Shown here piece by piece: positions 1 through 8,724 of a stretch of DNA of 64,000 nt. The translations under genes were made by a program, and so were the position numbers. The notes beneath the pieces are model-generated. The model saw only the letters and a program-made list of their open reading frames with translations. It had not been told where the DNA came from and ran no database searches. The stretch spans positions 253,494-317,493 of IMG/VR virus record IMGVR_UViG_3300037882_001770; one strand, written 5' to 3'. Position 1 is the stretch's first letter. Every line of letters begins with the position of its first letter.

Positions 1-607
1 GCAAATACAATGGCTCCTGCAACTGATACCTGATGGCATATTTGTTTGGTTGACTTATCTGCTGTTTGCGGTAGGTGTAATACTATATGTGGCCAGCAAA
101 TTGGTCAGCTGGATCCCACTCATGGGCCAATATCGTTTTCCTGCAGAATTAGCAGGTGTCGTGGCGCTTGTCATTGCCGCTTATTTCTACGGTGGCGCCA
201 GTTACAGAGAACAGATAGCTGAAATAAAACAACAAGTTAAAATCGCAGAAGAAAAATCACAGCAAGTCAACACTGTGATTGAAACCAAAATAATTGAAAA
301 AGTAAAGGTGGTCAAAGAAAATGTATACATTACAAGAGAAATTGTTAAAGAAGTGGCGGGGCGGCAATTGGATGCTCAGTGCAGTCTGCCTCAGTCTACT
401 ATCAGCCTGCACGACAGTGCCAGTCGTAATGAAGTTCCCCAGCGTGCCGCCGCAACTGATGGAACCCCCAGCGGCGTTGAAGCCAGTCGGCTCCTCGACC
501 GAGTCATTGAAAACTACGGTGCCTGTCACGAAAACACAGAAAAACTAAAGGCCTGGCAAGAATGGTATAACAGCCAACGCGAGATCTACGAAGGTATTGG
601 AAAATGA
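1..607 (+). CDS. Inner-membrane spanin (Rz-like), 5' end outside window
   Basis: Frame is open back to the window edge; N-terminal TM segments then coiled-coil, D-x-x-C and NYxxCH region typical of Rz-like proteins; contains an embedded lipoprotein ORF; holin nearby. Confidence 0.7.
   Translation, partial: QIQWLLQLIPDGIFVWLTYLLFAVGVILYVASKLVSWIPLMGQYRFPAELAGVVALVIAAYFYGGASYREQIAEIKQQVKIAEEKSQQVNTVIETKIIEKVKVVKENVYITREIVKEVAGRQLDAQCSLPQSTISLHDSASRNEVPQRAAATDGTPSGVEASRLLDRVIENYGACHENTEKLKAWQEWYNSQREIYEGIGK
372..548 (+). CDS. Embedded outer-membrane spanin (Rz1-like lipoprotein)
   Basis: Different frame inside the spanin gene; MLSAVCLSLLSA-C lipobox followed by a Pro-rich mature part; an upstream start at 321 is possible. 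Confidence 0.65.
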   Translation: MLSAVCLSLLSACTTVPVVMKFPSVPPQLMEPPAALKPVGSSTESLKTTVPVTKTQKN

Positions 608-1005
608 AACGAATACTTGTAGCCTTTTTTGCACTTTCTCTGACCAGTTGTGCTCTTTGGGACGCCTACATGATGGCTCCCTATGATGCCAATGAATACC
701 TGCAGATCACTGAGATCCGGGCCACAGCTGGACAGTACAGGCGACAATGTGATAACCCTATCTTGGCCGTTGCTAACGCACAGGCCATGGCCAACCGCAC
801 AGATCTGTTTGAAAAATATGAGGAACTGATTCCTAGAAATGACAATGGCTTCCGTGCATCACAGGCACTCAACGAAATAGCCCAGGGACTCAACACTGCC
901 TACGCAAAAGGCCCTGTGAGTCCAATGTTTTGCAAATTAAAATACAACAACATCGAGCACAATGCCGAGCTTATACAAAGGGTAACAGCGGGCAGACCGC
1001 GTTAA
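604..1005 (+). CDS. Lipoprotein, unknown function
   Basis: MKRILVAFFALSLTS-C lipobox; ATGA overlap with upstream gene. Confidence 0.65.
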   Translation: MKRILVAFFALSLTSCALWDAYMMAPYDANEYLQITEIRATAGQYRRQCDNPILAVANAQAMANRTDLFEKYEELIPRNDNGFRASQALNEIAQGLNTAYAKGPVSPMFCKLKYNNIEHNAELIQRVTAGRPR

Positions 1006-1021
1006 TAACAAGGAGAAAATA

Positions 1022-1282
1022 ATGAGTTGGTCGCAATGGGAAACCGAAGTATTACACATCTTAGACAATTCTGATGACGAAAACACTAGAATGGTGGCCA
1101 CCGCTACCAACGCTTATGGCGAAGAACTGCGTGCCGGCAATATCAGTCAATCCGAATACGCAGAACTGTTGCGAGATCTACAACGTCAGATCACCATCAC
1201 CGAAAACATGTCACAATTTGAAACCAAACAAAGGTTAAATACAGCTATAACTGCCCTGATCAATGTGGCCTCAGCAGTATAA
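1022..1282 (+). CDS. Hypothetical protein
   Basis: AGGAG RBS, 86-aa ORF. Confidence 0.6.
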   Translation: MSWSQWETEVLHILDNSDDENTRMVATATNAYGEELRAGNISQSEYAELLRDLQRQITITENMSQFETKQRLNTAITALINVASAV

Positions 1283-1321
1283 TAGTAGCACATTATAATA
1301 ATAAAAATAAAAGGAGCCGAT

Positions 1322-1777
1322 ATGCCAGCCGAAGAAGTCAAAAGCGAAAGTGCAAAGAAAAACGAAGATTGGATGAATTCAAAATGGCGTCCAGCCATGG
1401 GTTGGATGTACATGTTGGTGTGTATATCTGATTTTGTATTGTTTCCAGTATTATGGAGCTTGATCCAAGTGGTCGGTGACGGTAAAGTAGAAACACAGTG
1501 GAGTCCGATTACACTCCAGGGTGCAGGACTATTCCATATGGCTATGGGTGCTATATTAGGTATTGCGGCGTATGGTCGTACACAAGAAAAACTAGGCGAC
1601 AAAGCAGGTGCAACCATGTCAGCGCCAACGTTGAGTGCTCCAGCACCGGCATTTGGCAATGTTCCACTGGGCGGTAATGCCATGAGTACTGCTCCTGCAT
1701 TTGGATCTAAACCAGCAACAAACACACCAACACCAACATTTGGTGCGCCAGTACAACCGGCACACCCAGAAATTTAA
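1322..1777 (+). CDS. Holin (3-TM family)
   Basis: WRPAMGW motif, hydrophobic segments, LGIAAYGRT-x-EK motif; lysis context; AGGAG RBS. Confidence 0.7.
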   Translation: MPAEEVKSESAKKNEDWMNSKWRPAMGWMYMLVCISDFVLFPVLWSLIQVVGDGKVETQWSPITLQGAGLFHMAMGAILGIAAYGRTQEKLGDKAGATMSAPTLSAPAPAFGNVPLGGNAMSTAPAFGSKPATNTPTPTFGAPVQPAHPEI

Positions 1778-1789
1778 AGGAGACTTATT

Positions 1790-1909
1790 ATGTTAGATAC
1801 ATTATTTTGGATAGCGATAGGAGCATTTGTAGGTTGGAATTTTCCACAACCGTTTTGGGCTAGAATGATTCAGGAAAAAATCAAAGCAATGGTTAGTAAG
1901 GAAAAATAA
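1790..1909 (+). CDS. Small membrane protein (39 aa, not in ORF track)
   Basis: AGGAG RBS; MLDTLFWIAIGAFVGWNFPQPFWARMIQEKIKAMVSKEK; fills the intergenic gap. Confidence 0.6.
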   Translation: MLDTLFWIAIGAFVGWNFPQPFWARMIQEKIKAMVSKEK

Positions 1910-1910
1910 A

Positions 1911-2162
1911 ATGAAACTACTTAATATTACAGCCTGTACAATTATTGCGGCATTGGTAGCTTTTACAGCAACGCCAGTCTGGGCAGCCGACGCACCAAAA
2001 TCTGAAAAAGTTTGCAAAACAGATCCTAACACTAAAAAAGAAACATGTACCAAAAAGGTTTGCAAAGTTGACCCTAAAACCAAAAAAGAAACATGCAAAA
2101 CAATTAAGATACACGAAAAGTTAGAAGGCACCAAGGTTCCAGAAAAACCAACCAAAAAGTAA
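1911..2162 (+). CDS. Small exported Lys/Cys-rich protein with 16-aa tandem repeat
   Basis: Signal peptide ending VWA; KVCKTDPNTKKETC / KVCKVDPKTKKETC. Confidence 0.65.
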   Translation: MKLLNITACTIIAALVAFTATPVWAADAPKSEKVCKTDPNTKKETCTKKVCKVDPKTKKETCKTIKIHEKLEGTKVPEKPTKK

Positions 2163-2191
2163 TTGCCAGCACCTCGAGCAGACAGTATAAT
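2163..2191 (+). promoter_or_regulatory. Sigma70-like promoter for dnaJ
   Basis: TTGCCA-N17-TATAAT. Confidence 0.55.
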
Positions 2192-2211
2192 TAATATGCT
2201 GTCTGCTTTTT
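2177..2211 (+). terminator. Intrinsic terminator after lysis cluster
   Basis: AGCAGACAGTATA / TATGCTGTCTGCT stem followed by T-tract. Confidence 0.6.
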
Positions 2212-2218
2212 CTTTTAT

Positions 2219-3007
2219 ATGACCAATCATTATCAAACTCTAGGCGTTGACCGCAGCGCTTCCCCAGATGAAATTAAACGAGCTTATCGAAAGTTGGCCA
2301 GCCAGCATCACCCCGACAAAGGTGGTGACACTAAAAAATTTCAAGAAATACAAACAGCATATGATGTACTAAGTGACCCGCAGAAAAAGTCTGCCTATGA
2401 TAATCCTGCAGCCCAGACTTTTTCTGGGTTCGGTAATCAACCATTTGATTTTGATACTATTTTTGACATATTCGGTGCTAGATTTAATCATCCACATCAA
2501 CAACCACGTGGGCGCACACAGGCACGCATGAGTCTATGGATTACTCTATTAGACGCGGTGCAGGGCGGGAGACGTACTATCAGTATCGGCACTCAGCAAG
2601 GAACCCAGGCAGTAGAAATAGAAATTCCAATTGGGATCAATGACAGTGACTCTGTACAATATTCTGGTATTGCGCCAGGTGGTGGCGACTTGATAATAAC
2701 GTATCGCATACATAACAATCCTAAATGGCAACGCCAGGGATCTAATCTCATAACCGAACAAATGATCACTATCTGGGATTGCATACTAGGTGGTCAGACC
2801 ATGTTGCGAGATATCGAAGGCAATCAATTAAACTTAACAGTTCCAGCAAGAACTCAGCCCGGCACAATGCTACGACTTCGTGGTCGCGGAATTCCACAGA
2901 GGCAAGGACCAACTGGAGATCTTTTGGTTAAAATTGTTGCACACATACCTGACCAAATTGACCCTGAATTGCTGACTATGATTGAGCAAACTGGCAATAA
3001 AAACTAA
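2219..3007 (+). CDS. dnaJ: DnaJ/CbpA-type co-chaperone (no zinc finger)
   Basis: J-domain with HPD (HHPDKGG), G/F linker, C-terminal LRLRGRG...GDL domain. Confidence 0.9.
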   Translation: MTNHYQTLGVDRSASPDEIKRAYRKLASQHHPDKGGDTKKFQEIQTAYDVLSDPQKKSAYDNPAAQTFSGFGNQPFDFDTIFDIFGARFNHPHQQPRGRTQARMSLWITLLDAVQGGRRTISIGTQQGTQAVEIEIPIGINDSDSVQYSGIAPGGGDLIITYRIHNNPKWQRQGSNLITEQMITIWDCILGGQTMLRDIEGNQLNLTVPARTQPGTMLRLRGRGIPQRQGPTGDLLVKIVAHIPDQIDPELLTMIEQTGNKN

Positions 3008-3016
3008 CTATATTAC

Positions 3017-3045
3017 TTGCACTTAAAAGTGATATAATATATAAT
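3017..3045 (+). promoter_or_regulatory. Sigma70-like promoter for clpA
   Basis: TTGCAC-N17-TATAAT. Confidence 0.55.
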
Positions 3046-3075
3046 GTAACGTAGCAATCACCATTCAAGGAACTC

Positions 3076-5355
3076 ATGCAAAATAATCCCGAAATTGAAC
3101 AAATTATCGAATCTGCGGTCCGCATTGCAAAAGATAAACAGCACGAATACGTACTGACTGAACATGTGTTGCTGGCCATGTTGAAGTATGCGCCGTTTCG
3201 CAAAGTCTTGGCCAAGTATGGAACCACTGTGGATTTGTTTGAACAGGAATTAGAAAGTTATCTTGACAGCCTAGTTAATCTTGTCAAGGCAAATGCCAAC
3301 TTACAACCTAAAAAAACAAATGCACTCGAGCGTTGTTTCAACCGAGCTCTTACTCAGGTACTGTTCACTGGACGTAGAACAATTACCACAGCAGATTTAT
3401 ATCTGGCCATGATGAGTGAAACAAACAGTCATGCACACTATTTCTTGTTGAAGTATGGCGTAAAGAAAAACGAGTTTGTTGAGTTTTGGCAAAAACACTA
3501 CAATCACAATGATATTAAAATTACCGACCAACAGGCTGATGAAATTTTAACTGAGCACTGTACTGATTTAACCAAGATGGCGCATGAAAATCAACTTGAG
3601 CCAATGATTGGTCGCAGTAGTGAACTAGATGAAATGATCACAGTGCTGGCTCGCAAGTTCAAAGCCAACGTGCTTATGGTTGGAGATCCCGGAGTAGGCA
3701 AGACAGCTATTGTAGAAGGCCTAGCCCAGGAAATCAATGCAGGACGTGTTCCTGAGTTTCTTAAAGGCTACGAAGTGTGGGGGCTCGAAATTGGCAGCTT
3801 GCTTGCTGGTTCAAAATATCGCGGCGAGTTTGAAGAAAAATTCAAACAAGTTATTAGTGCGTTAGAAGCCAAGAAAAATTGCATCTTGTTTATTGATGAG
3901 GCGCACACTATGAAAGGTGCTGGCAGTTCTAGCAACAGCACACTTGATTTTGCAAACATGTTAAAACCGGCCATCACCAAGGGCAATTTAAAGGTGGTAG
4001 CCAGTACTACCTGGGAAGAATTTTACGAATCGTTTGAAAAAGATCGTGCATTGATGCGCCGTTTCCATCGCGTAAGCATCGACGAACCCAACGACGAAAC
4101 TACAGAACAGATTCTAATTGGACTTAGTCCACGTTTGGAATCATATCATAATGTGTTGATTGACACAGATGCTATGACAGCCGCTGTGGAATTAAGTCGA
4201 CGTTATATTCATGATCGTCAAAATCCAGACAAGAGTATCGACTTGTTAGACGGTGCCTGTGCTAAGGAACGTGTTAAAGATATGGGCACAGTGACTATTA
4301 CCAAGGACATGATCATGGCTCAGCTCAGTAGGATCACAAATGTTCCGTTGGATCGTTTACAAAACGAACGTTCGACTAAAATTGTTGATTTAGAAAGCAA
4401 CATCAAACAGAAATTATACGGACAAGATGCCGCAGTCGACGCAGTATTGGATCGTGTGTACATCAACTTCTCTGGTATCGGTAACCAAACACGCCCAATT
4501 GCTAGTTTCTTGTTTTTAGGACCAACAGGTACAGGTAAAACAGAGCTTGCCAAATTGTTAGCCGAAAACTTAGACATGCAGTTGTTGAAATACGATATGA
4601 GTGAATATCAAGAACGGCATACAGTATCAAGTTTGATTGGTGCACCCCCGGGCTATGTAGGATTTGATGATGGCAATCTAGGTGGCGGCAAACTAATCGC
4701 CGACATTAGTAAAAACCCATTTAGTATTGTGTTGTTTGATGAAATTGAAAAGGCGCATCCGGATGTGATCAATATCATGTTGCAGATGCTGGACGAAGCC
4801 AGACTTACCAGTAGTAATGGCAAAACTGTGAATCTCAAGAACTGCATTATCATTATGACCAGTAATTTAGGCGCCAAAGACAACGAAAGTAACAATATTG
4901 GATTTGCTCAAAGTTTAGAAAAATCAGGCGAAGAAAATCGTGCAATGAAAGAATTCTTCAAACCTGAGCTACGTAATCGTATTGATCAAATTTGCAAGTT
5001 TGTTAAATTGGACACATTGGCCATCAAGAAGATTGTGGTCAAGTTTACAGACCAGTTGCAATCCAGTCTTGCTGACAAGAACATCCGTCTCACTCTAAGC
5101 GAACCAGTGATTGATCTGTTGGCTGACAAAGGCTACGATAATAAAATGGGTGCAAGACCACTTAATCGCAAAATTGACGAATTGATACGAGTACCGTTGT
5201 CTAAGAAAATTTTGTTTGATCAATTGACCAACTGCAATATCCATGCAGTGATCAATGGTGATGCAATTGATTTTCAAATTACACCCATGGACGCTCAGCC
5301 CATAGTTGACAGTGAAGGATACATAGTTCTTGATCAATTCAAGCCCACAATCTAA
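3076..5355 (+). CDS. clpA: ClpA-like AAA+ unfoldase
   Basis: Clp N-domain (EHVLLA), two Walker A (GDPGVGKT, GPTGTGKT), Walker B (FIDEAH, FDEIEKAH), GAPPGYVG, IGF ClpP-docking loop; no ClpB middle domain. Confidence 0.9.
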   Translation: MQNNPEIEQIIESAVRIAKDKQHEYVLTEHVLLAMLKYAPFRKVLAKYGTTVDLFEQELESYLDSLVNLVKANANLQPKKTNALERCFNRALTQVLFTGRRTITTADLYLAMMSETNSHAHYFLLKYGVKKNEFVEFWQKHYNHNDIKITDQQADEILTEHCTDLTKMAHENQLEPMIGRSSELDEMITVLARKFKANVLMVGDPGVGKTAIVEGLAQEINAGRVPEFLKGYEVWGLEIGSLLAGSKYRGEFEEKFKQVISALEAKKNCILFIDEAHTMKGAGSSSNSTLDFANMLKPAITKGNLKVVASTTWEEFYESFEKDRALMRRFHRVSIDEPNDETTEQILIGLSPRLESYHNVLIDTDAMTAAVELSRRYIHDRQNPDKSIDLLDGACAKERVKDMGTVTITKDMIMAQLSRITNVPLDRLQNERSTKIVDLESNIKQKLYGQDAAVDAVLDRVYINFSGIGNQTRPIASFLFLGPTGTGKTELAKLLAENLDMQLLKYDMSEYQERHTVSSLIGAPPGYVGFDDGNLGGGKLIADISKNPFSIVLFDEIEKAHPDVINIMLQMLDEARLTSSNGKTVNLKNCIIIMTSNLGAKDNESNNIGFAQSLEKSGEENRAMKEFFKPELRNRIDQICKFVKLDTLAIKKIVVKFTDQLQSSLADKNIRLTLSEPVIDLLADKGYDNKMGARPLNRKIDELIRVPLSKKILFDQLTNCNIHAVINGDAIDFQITPMDAQPIVDSEGYIVLDQFKPTI

Positions 5356-6025
5356 AAAAGTTATCAAGGATCGATTATTTTATAATCGATTTGTGCATTG
5401 TATAAGTTTTAGCTTGCCCGAGATCAGTTGTCTCAAAGAGCTGGATCATCAACATATTGACCGCATGGTGGCCAAACGCAAAAGTTGGAGAGAAATAAGT
5501 CAGCAACACAACAGATTTCTCTCCAACTTGACGCGGACCTGGCGAGAAATAACTGATGACGATCTAGCAAATCTTCACAATTTGTGCGATGTGTTGTTGC
5601 AGGAGGCCATATCAGAATTTAAACTAGTGACCAGTATGAATCGAGGCTGGGTATATACCAACAATACAGATTTTTTAAACAAGATTGCTGAATTTCCTGC
5701 AATTCAAATTTTAGGAATGTCGGAAGCAGTTATCACTAGACCCAAAAATACCATCAGTTTAAAAACGTCAAAGTATCAATATAGAAGTTATTTTAAACTG
5801 ATTAAAGTCAGCCAACAACAAAAAAATCAACTGTTGAATTTTTTAGTCAATCAACAAGATCACATACGTATTAGCCCGGCGTTGCAACTATGGATCAATC
5901 AACCGTTTAATCGAATTCAGGATTACTTTTTTATTGATCACGATTCAGAATCCTGGTTAACCATGCTGAGTTTAGTACACCCAGGATTAATAAGAAAAAC
6001 AATGGAAATAATCCCGGCTAAATAA
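5330..6025 (+). CDS. Hypothetical protein
   Basis: 231-aa ORF, start uncertain. Confidence 0.55.
   Translation: MINSSPQSKKVIKDRLFYNRFVHCISFSLPEISCLKELDHQHIDRMVAKRKSWREISQQHNRFLSNLTRTWREITDDDLANLHNLCDVLLQEAISEFKLVTSMNRGWVYTNNTDFLNKIAEFPAIQILGMSEAVITRPKNTISLKTSKYQYRSYFKLIKVSQQQKNQLLNFLVNQQDHIRISPALQLWINQPFNRIQDYFFIDHDSESWLTMLSLVHPGLIRKTMEIIPAK
6020..6025 (+). promoter_or_regulatory. T4-like late promoter core TAAATA
   Basis: Recurrent TAAATA directly before start codons (also 7021, 8711, 16917, 51206, 60493). Confidence 0.55.
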
Positions 6026-6031
6026 TACACT

Positions 6032-6199
6032 ATGGCAAAATTAATTGAACAAACCCTTATTATTACCGTCAGCAGGATGGTTCCAAATTCCAATGAGAAT
6101 CCTGTATTACCATTGAGTCCAGATAACCTGTCAGAAATTGCCAGCGTTGTAGAAGCATTGGCTGGTGACAACACCTTGGTAGAAATTACTCAGGCATGA
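6032..6199 (+). CDS. Small hypothetical protein (55 aa, not in ORF track)
   Basis: ATG 6 nt after TAAATA; ATGA overlap with next gene. Confidence 0.6.
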   Translation: MAKLIEQTLIITVSRMVPNSNENPVLPLSPDNLSEIASVVEALAGDNTLVEITQA

Positions 6200-6561
6200 G
6201 TTTGACCACGCTTACTTTGCTGGATACCACAGTTTATGGAACTGCTTCAGGAAACTATGATGGCAGCAGTGAAGGCTTTTTTGGAAATTCTGTTGTTGCA
6301 GCCAATTACTATGCCGGTCAAGGCAGTATACAAACCATGACTATTCGAGTCACTGGATTCAATGGTCTGATAACTGCTCAAGCCACTCTCAACGATGATC
6401 CGGCTTCGGCTGAATGGTTTGACGTTTATACGTACGGTGGCGACAGTGTACCACGTACAGATACTCATCCGGCCACCATCACTGGAAATTTTAGCTATAT
6501 GCGAGTTGAAATTTCAGAATTCTCAGACGGCACTATCAATTCTATTACATTGGCTTACTAA
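6196..6561 (+). CDS. Hypothetical beta-rich protein (possible virion protein)
   Basis: T/G/S-rich 121-aa ORF in late operon. Confidence 0.55.
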   Translation: MSLTTLTLLDTTVYGTASGNYDGSSEGFFGNSVVAANYYAGQGSIQTMTIRVTGFNGLITAQATLNDDPASAEWFDVYTYGGDSVPRTDTHPATITGNFSYMRVEISEFSDGTINSITLAY

Positions 6562-6575
6562 GTTTTAAAACACAA

Positions 6576-7019
6576 ATGAATAACAATTTGATTATTACCT
6601 GTAGCATCGGCACCACCAATAAAACAGTGCCATTGGGCATTGAAGTTTGGTTGGATAATCGGCTTTTACTCAACATGGACCATGTGACCAATGTGAATGA
6701 TTGTGCATGGGAAATCGGCGACGCCGAATGTGATCACGAGCTTAAATTTGTGATGAAGAACAAAAGTCCCGAGCATACAAAAATTAATGAGCAAGGACAA
6801 ATTGTTCAAGATGCCACGTTAACTATAGGCAATCTGACATTTCAAGAAATTGAGATGGAAAAGATATTCTTGGAAAAAGCAGTTTACACACATAATTTCA
6901 ATGGCACACAAAATACCATCGACACCAAGTTCTACGGCGAAATGGGCTGCAATGGTACATTGATTTTTAAATTTGCTACCCCTGTATACAGTTGGTTGCT
7001 TGAGAATATGAATCCCTAA
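6576..7019 (+). CDS. Hypothetical protein
   Basis: 147-aa ORF. Confidence 0.55.
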   Translation: MNNNLIITCSIGTTNKTVPLGIEVWLDNRLLLNMDHVTNVNDCAWEIGDAECDHELKFVMKNKSPEHTKINEQGQIVQDATLTIGNLTFQEIEMEKIFLEKAVYTHNFNGTQNTIDTKFYGEMGCNGTLIFKFATPVYSWLLENMNP

Positions 7020-7031
7020 CTAAATATTACA

Positions 7032-7781
7032 ATGCGCACTATTGTAATATATCCAGGAAGATTTCACCCATTTCACCGAGGCCACAAGGCCAGCTACGAT
7101 TATCTTGTTCAGCAATTTGGTGCGGGCAATGTGTTTATTGCAACTAGCGATGTGCAGGCTCCTGTTACCAGTCCGTTCAGCTACAGCGACAAGGTAACTA
7201 TGATGTCTAAGTTAGGCGTACCCTCGGGCAGAATAGCGCGAGTCAAAAGCCCGTACCAGGCCACAGAAATTACCGGGCAAATTGATGACAAAGAGCACAC
7301 TGCCTTAATATTTGCTGTCAGTGAAAAGGACATGCAAGGCGACACAGCTAGATTTAAATTTGGCACAAAAAAGAATGGCGAGCCCAGTTACATGCAACCC
7401 ATGCCAGTGGCTGGTAAATTGCAACCAATGTCAAAACATGCGTATGTGATGATCACACCCACAGTCAATTTCAAAGTCAAAGGTGCCGACGCCAACAGTG
7501 CCAGTCAAATAAGAAAATTATATCTAGACGGAAACGACGCGGACCGCGATCAAATCATTGCAGATTTGTACGGAGAAGTTGAGCCACACATTCGAGATAT
7601 ATTTGATCAGCGGTTGGCAGTGACACAAAATACACAAAATTTAGTTGCAGAAGCAAGAATTAAAAATCCTGGTCGTGCTGTAGCATTGTTAGAAGCCATA
7701 TCAAGGTTGGAAAAAACAGCCAATTATATCGAATTTGAAGACCTTAGTTTAGACTACATCAACGAAAAACTCAGCCGCTAA
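7032..7781 (+). CDS. HIGH-motif cytidyltransferase-like protein
   Basis: YPGRFHPFHRGH (HxGH) and SASQIR motifs. Confidence 0.7.
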   Translation: MRTIVIYPGRFHPFHRGHKASYDYLVQQFGAGNVFIATSDVQAPVTSPFSYSDKVTMMSKLGVPSGRIARVKSPYQATEITGQIDDKEHTALIFAVSEKDMQGDTARFKFGTKKNGEPSYMQPMPVAGKLQPMSKHAYVMITPTVNFKVKGADANSASQIRKLYLDGNDADRDQIIADLYGEVEPHIRDIFDQRLAVTQNTQNLVAEARIKNPGRAVALLEAISRLEKTANYIEFEDLSLDYINEKLSR

Positions 7782-7783
7782 GG

Positions 7784-7822
7784 TTGCAAAAAATAACCAT
7801 CACTGCTATACTCTATTAAATA
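7784..7822 (+). promoter_or_regulatory. Sigma70-like promoter followed by TAAATA
   Basis: TTGCAA-N17-TATACT with TG extension, then TAAATA. Confidence 0.45.
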
Positions 7823-7846
7823 TCAGACACTTTAATAGAGGAACCA

Positions 7847-8707
7847 ATGTCAGACCAAACAACTCCACAAACAGCACCAGCTGGACAACAACAAATTCAA
7901 GTAAATATTGACTTTTTGCGCACCACTCGCGTACATATTTGTATGCCATGTTATGGTGGCATGCTGACAGAATCAACATTTATGAGTTATATCAAGTGGT
8001 CAAACACTGCCCGCCAATTGGGCATTGATTGGACCATGGAAACCATGACCAATGAGTCATTGATTAGCCGCGCTAGAAATACTCTTACATCCAAGTTCCT
8101 GCACAATAAAGAATCAACACACTTGATGTTTATCGATGCTGACATTGGCTGGGAGCCATGGCACCTGTTGGTCATGTTGAATCGTGACGTGGACGTTATC
8201 GGCGGTTTATATCCAATGAAGAGCCTGCCAGTTAAGTGGTGTGTTAATGGATTTGACGGCGCCGAAGAAGGTCCAGACGGACTACAAGAAGTCAGCAAAA
8301 CTGGCACAGGATTTATGTTGATCAAGCGTCATGTGTTTGAAAAATTAGACCAACATCCGGCCACAAAGCCTTTCATTAACGACATTGGTTTGCCAGCAGA
8401 ATTAAACCCTTACATGAAAACCTACTTTGATACCGCAGTTCGCGAAAATCGTTACTACAGCGAAGACTGGACATTCTGTGAAAACTTCCGCGATTTGGGT
8501 GGTAAGATTTGGGTGGACAAGCGTGTGTTGCTCAAGCATACAGGTACCTATGTGTTTGACTTTGCTACCCAAGACCAACTGTACAAGGACCTACATAGCC
8601 TGGCATTGACTAACAACGTAGCACTGCCCAGCACTGCTGAACCTGCACCTGCATCACCAGCCAAAGTGTTGGCACAGAGTAACAAGAAGAAAGCCAAAAG
8701 CAAGTAA
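7847..8707 (+). CDS. GT-A fold glycosyltransferase-like protein
   Basis: PCYGG, SLISRARN, FIDADI (DxD), GTGFMLIKR, SEDWTFC motifs. Confidence 0.7.
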   Translation: MSDQTTPQTAPAGQQQIQVNIDFLRTTRVHICMPCYGGMLTESTFMSYIKWSNTARQLGIDWTMETMTNESLISRARNTLTSKFLHNKESTHLMFIDADIGWEPWHLLVMLNRDVDVIGGLYPMKSLPVKWCVNGFDGAEEGPDGLQEVSKTGTGFMLIKRHVFEKLDQHPATKPFINDIGLPAELNPYMKTYFDTAVRENRYYSEDWTFCENFRDLGGKIWVDKRVLLKHTGTYVFDFATQDQLYKDLHSLALTNNVALPSTAEPAPASPAKVLAQSNKKKAKSK

Positions 8708-8724
8708 CGGTAAATACAGTTCAT

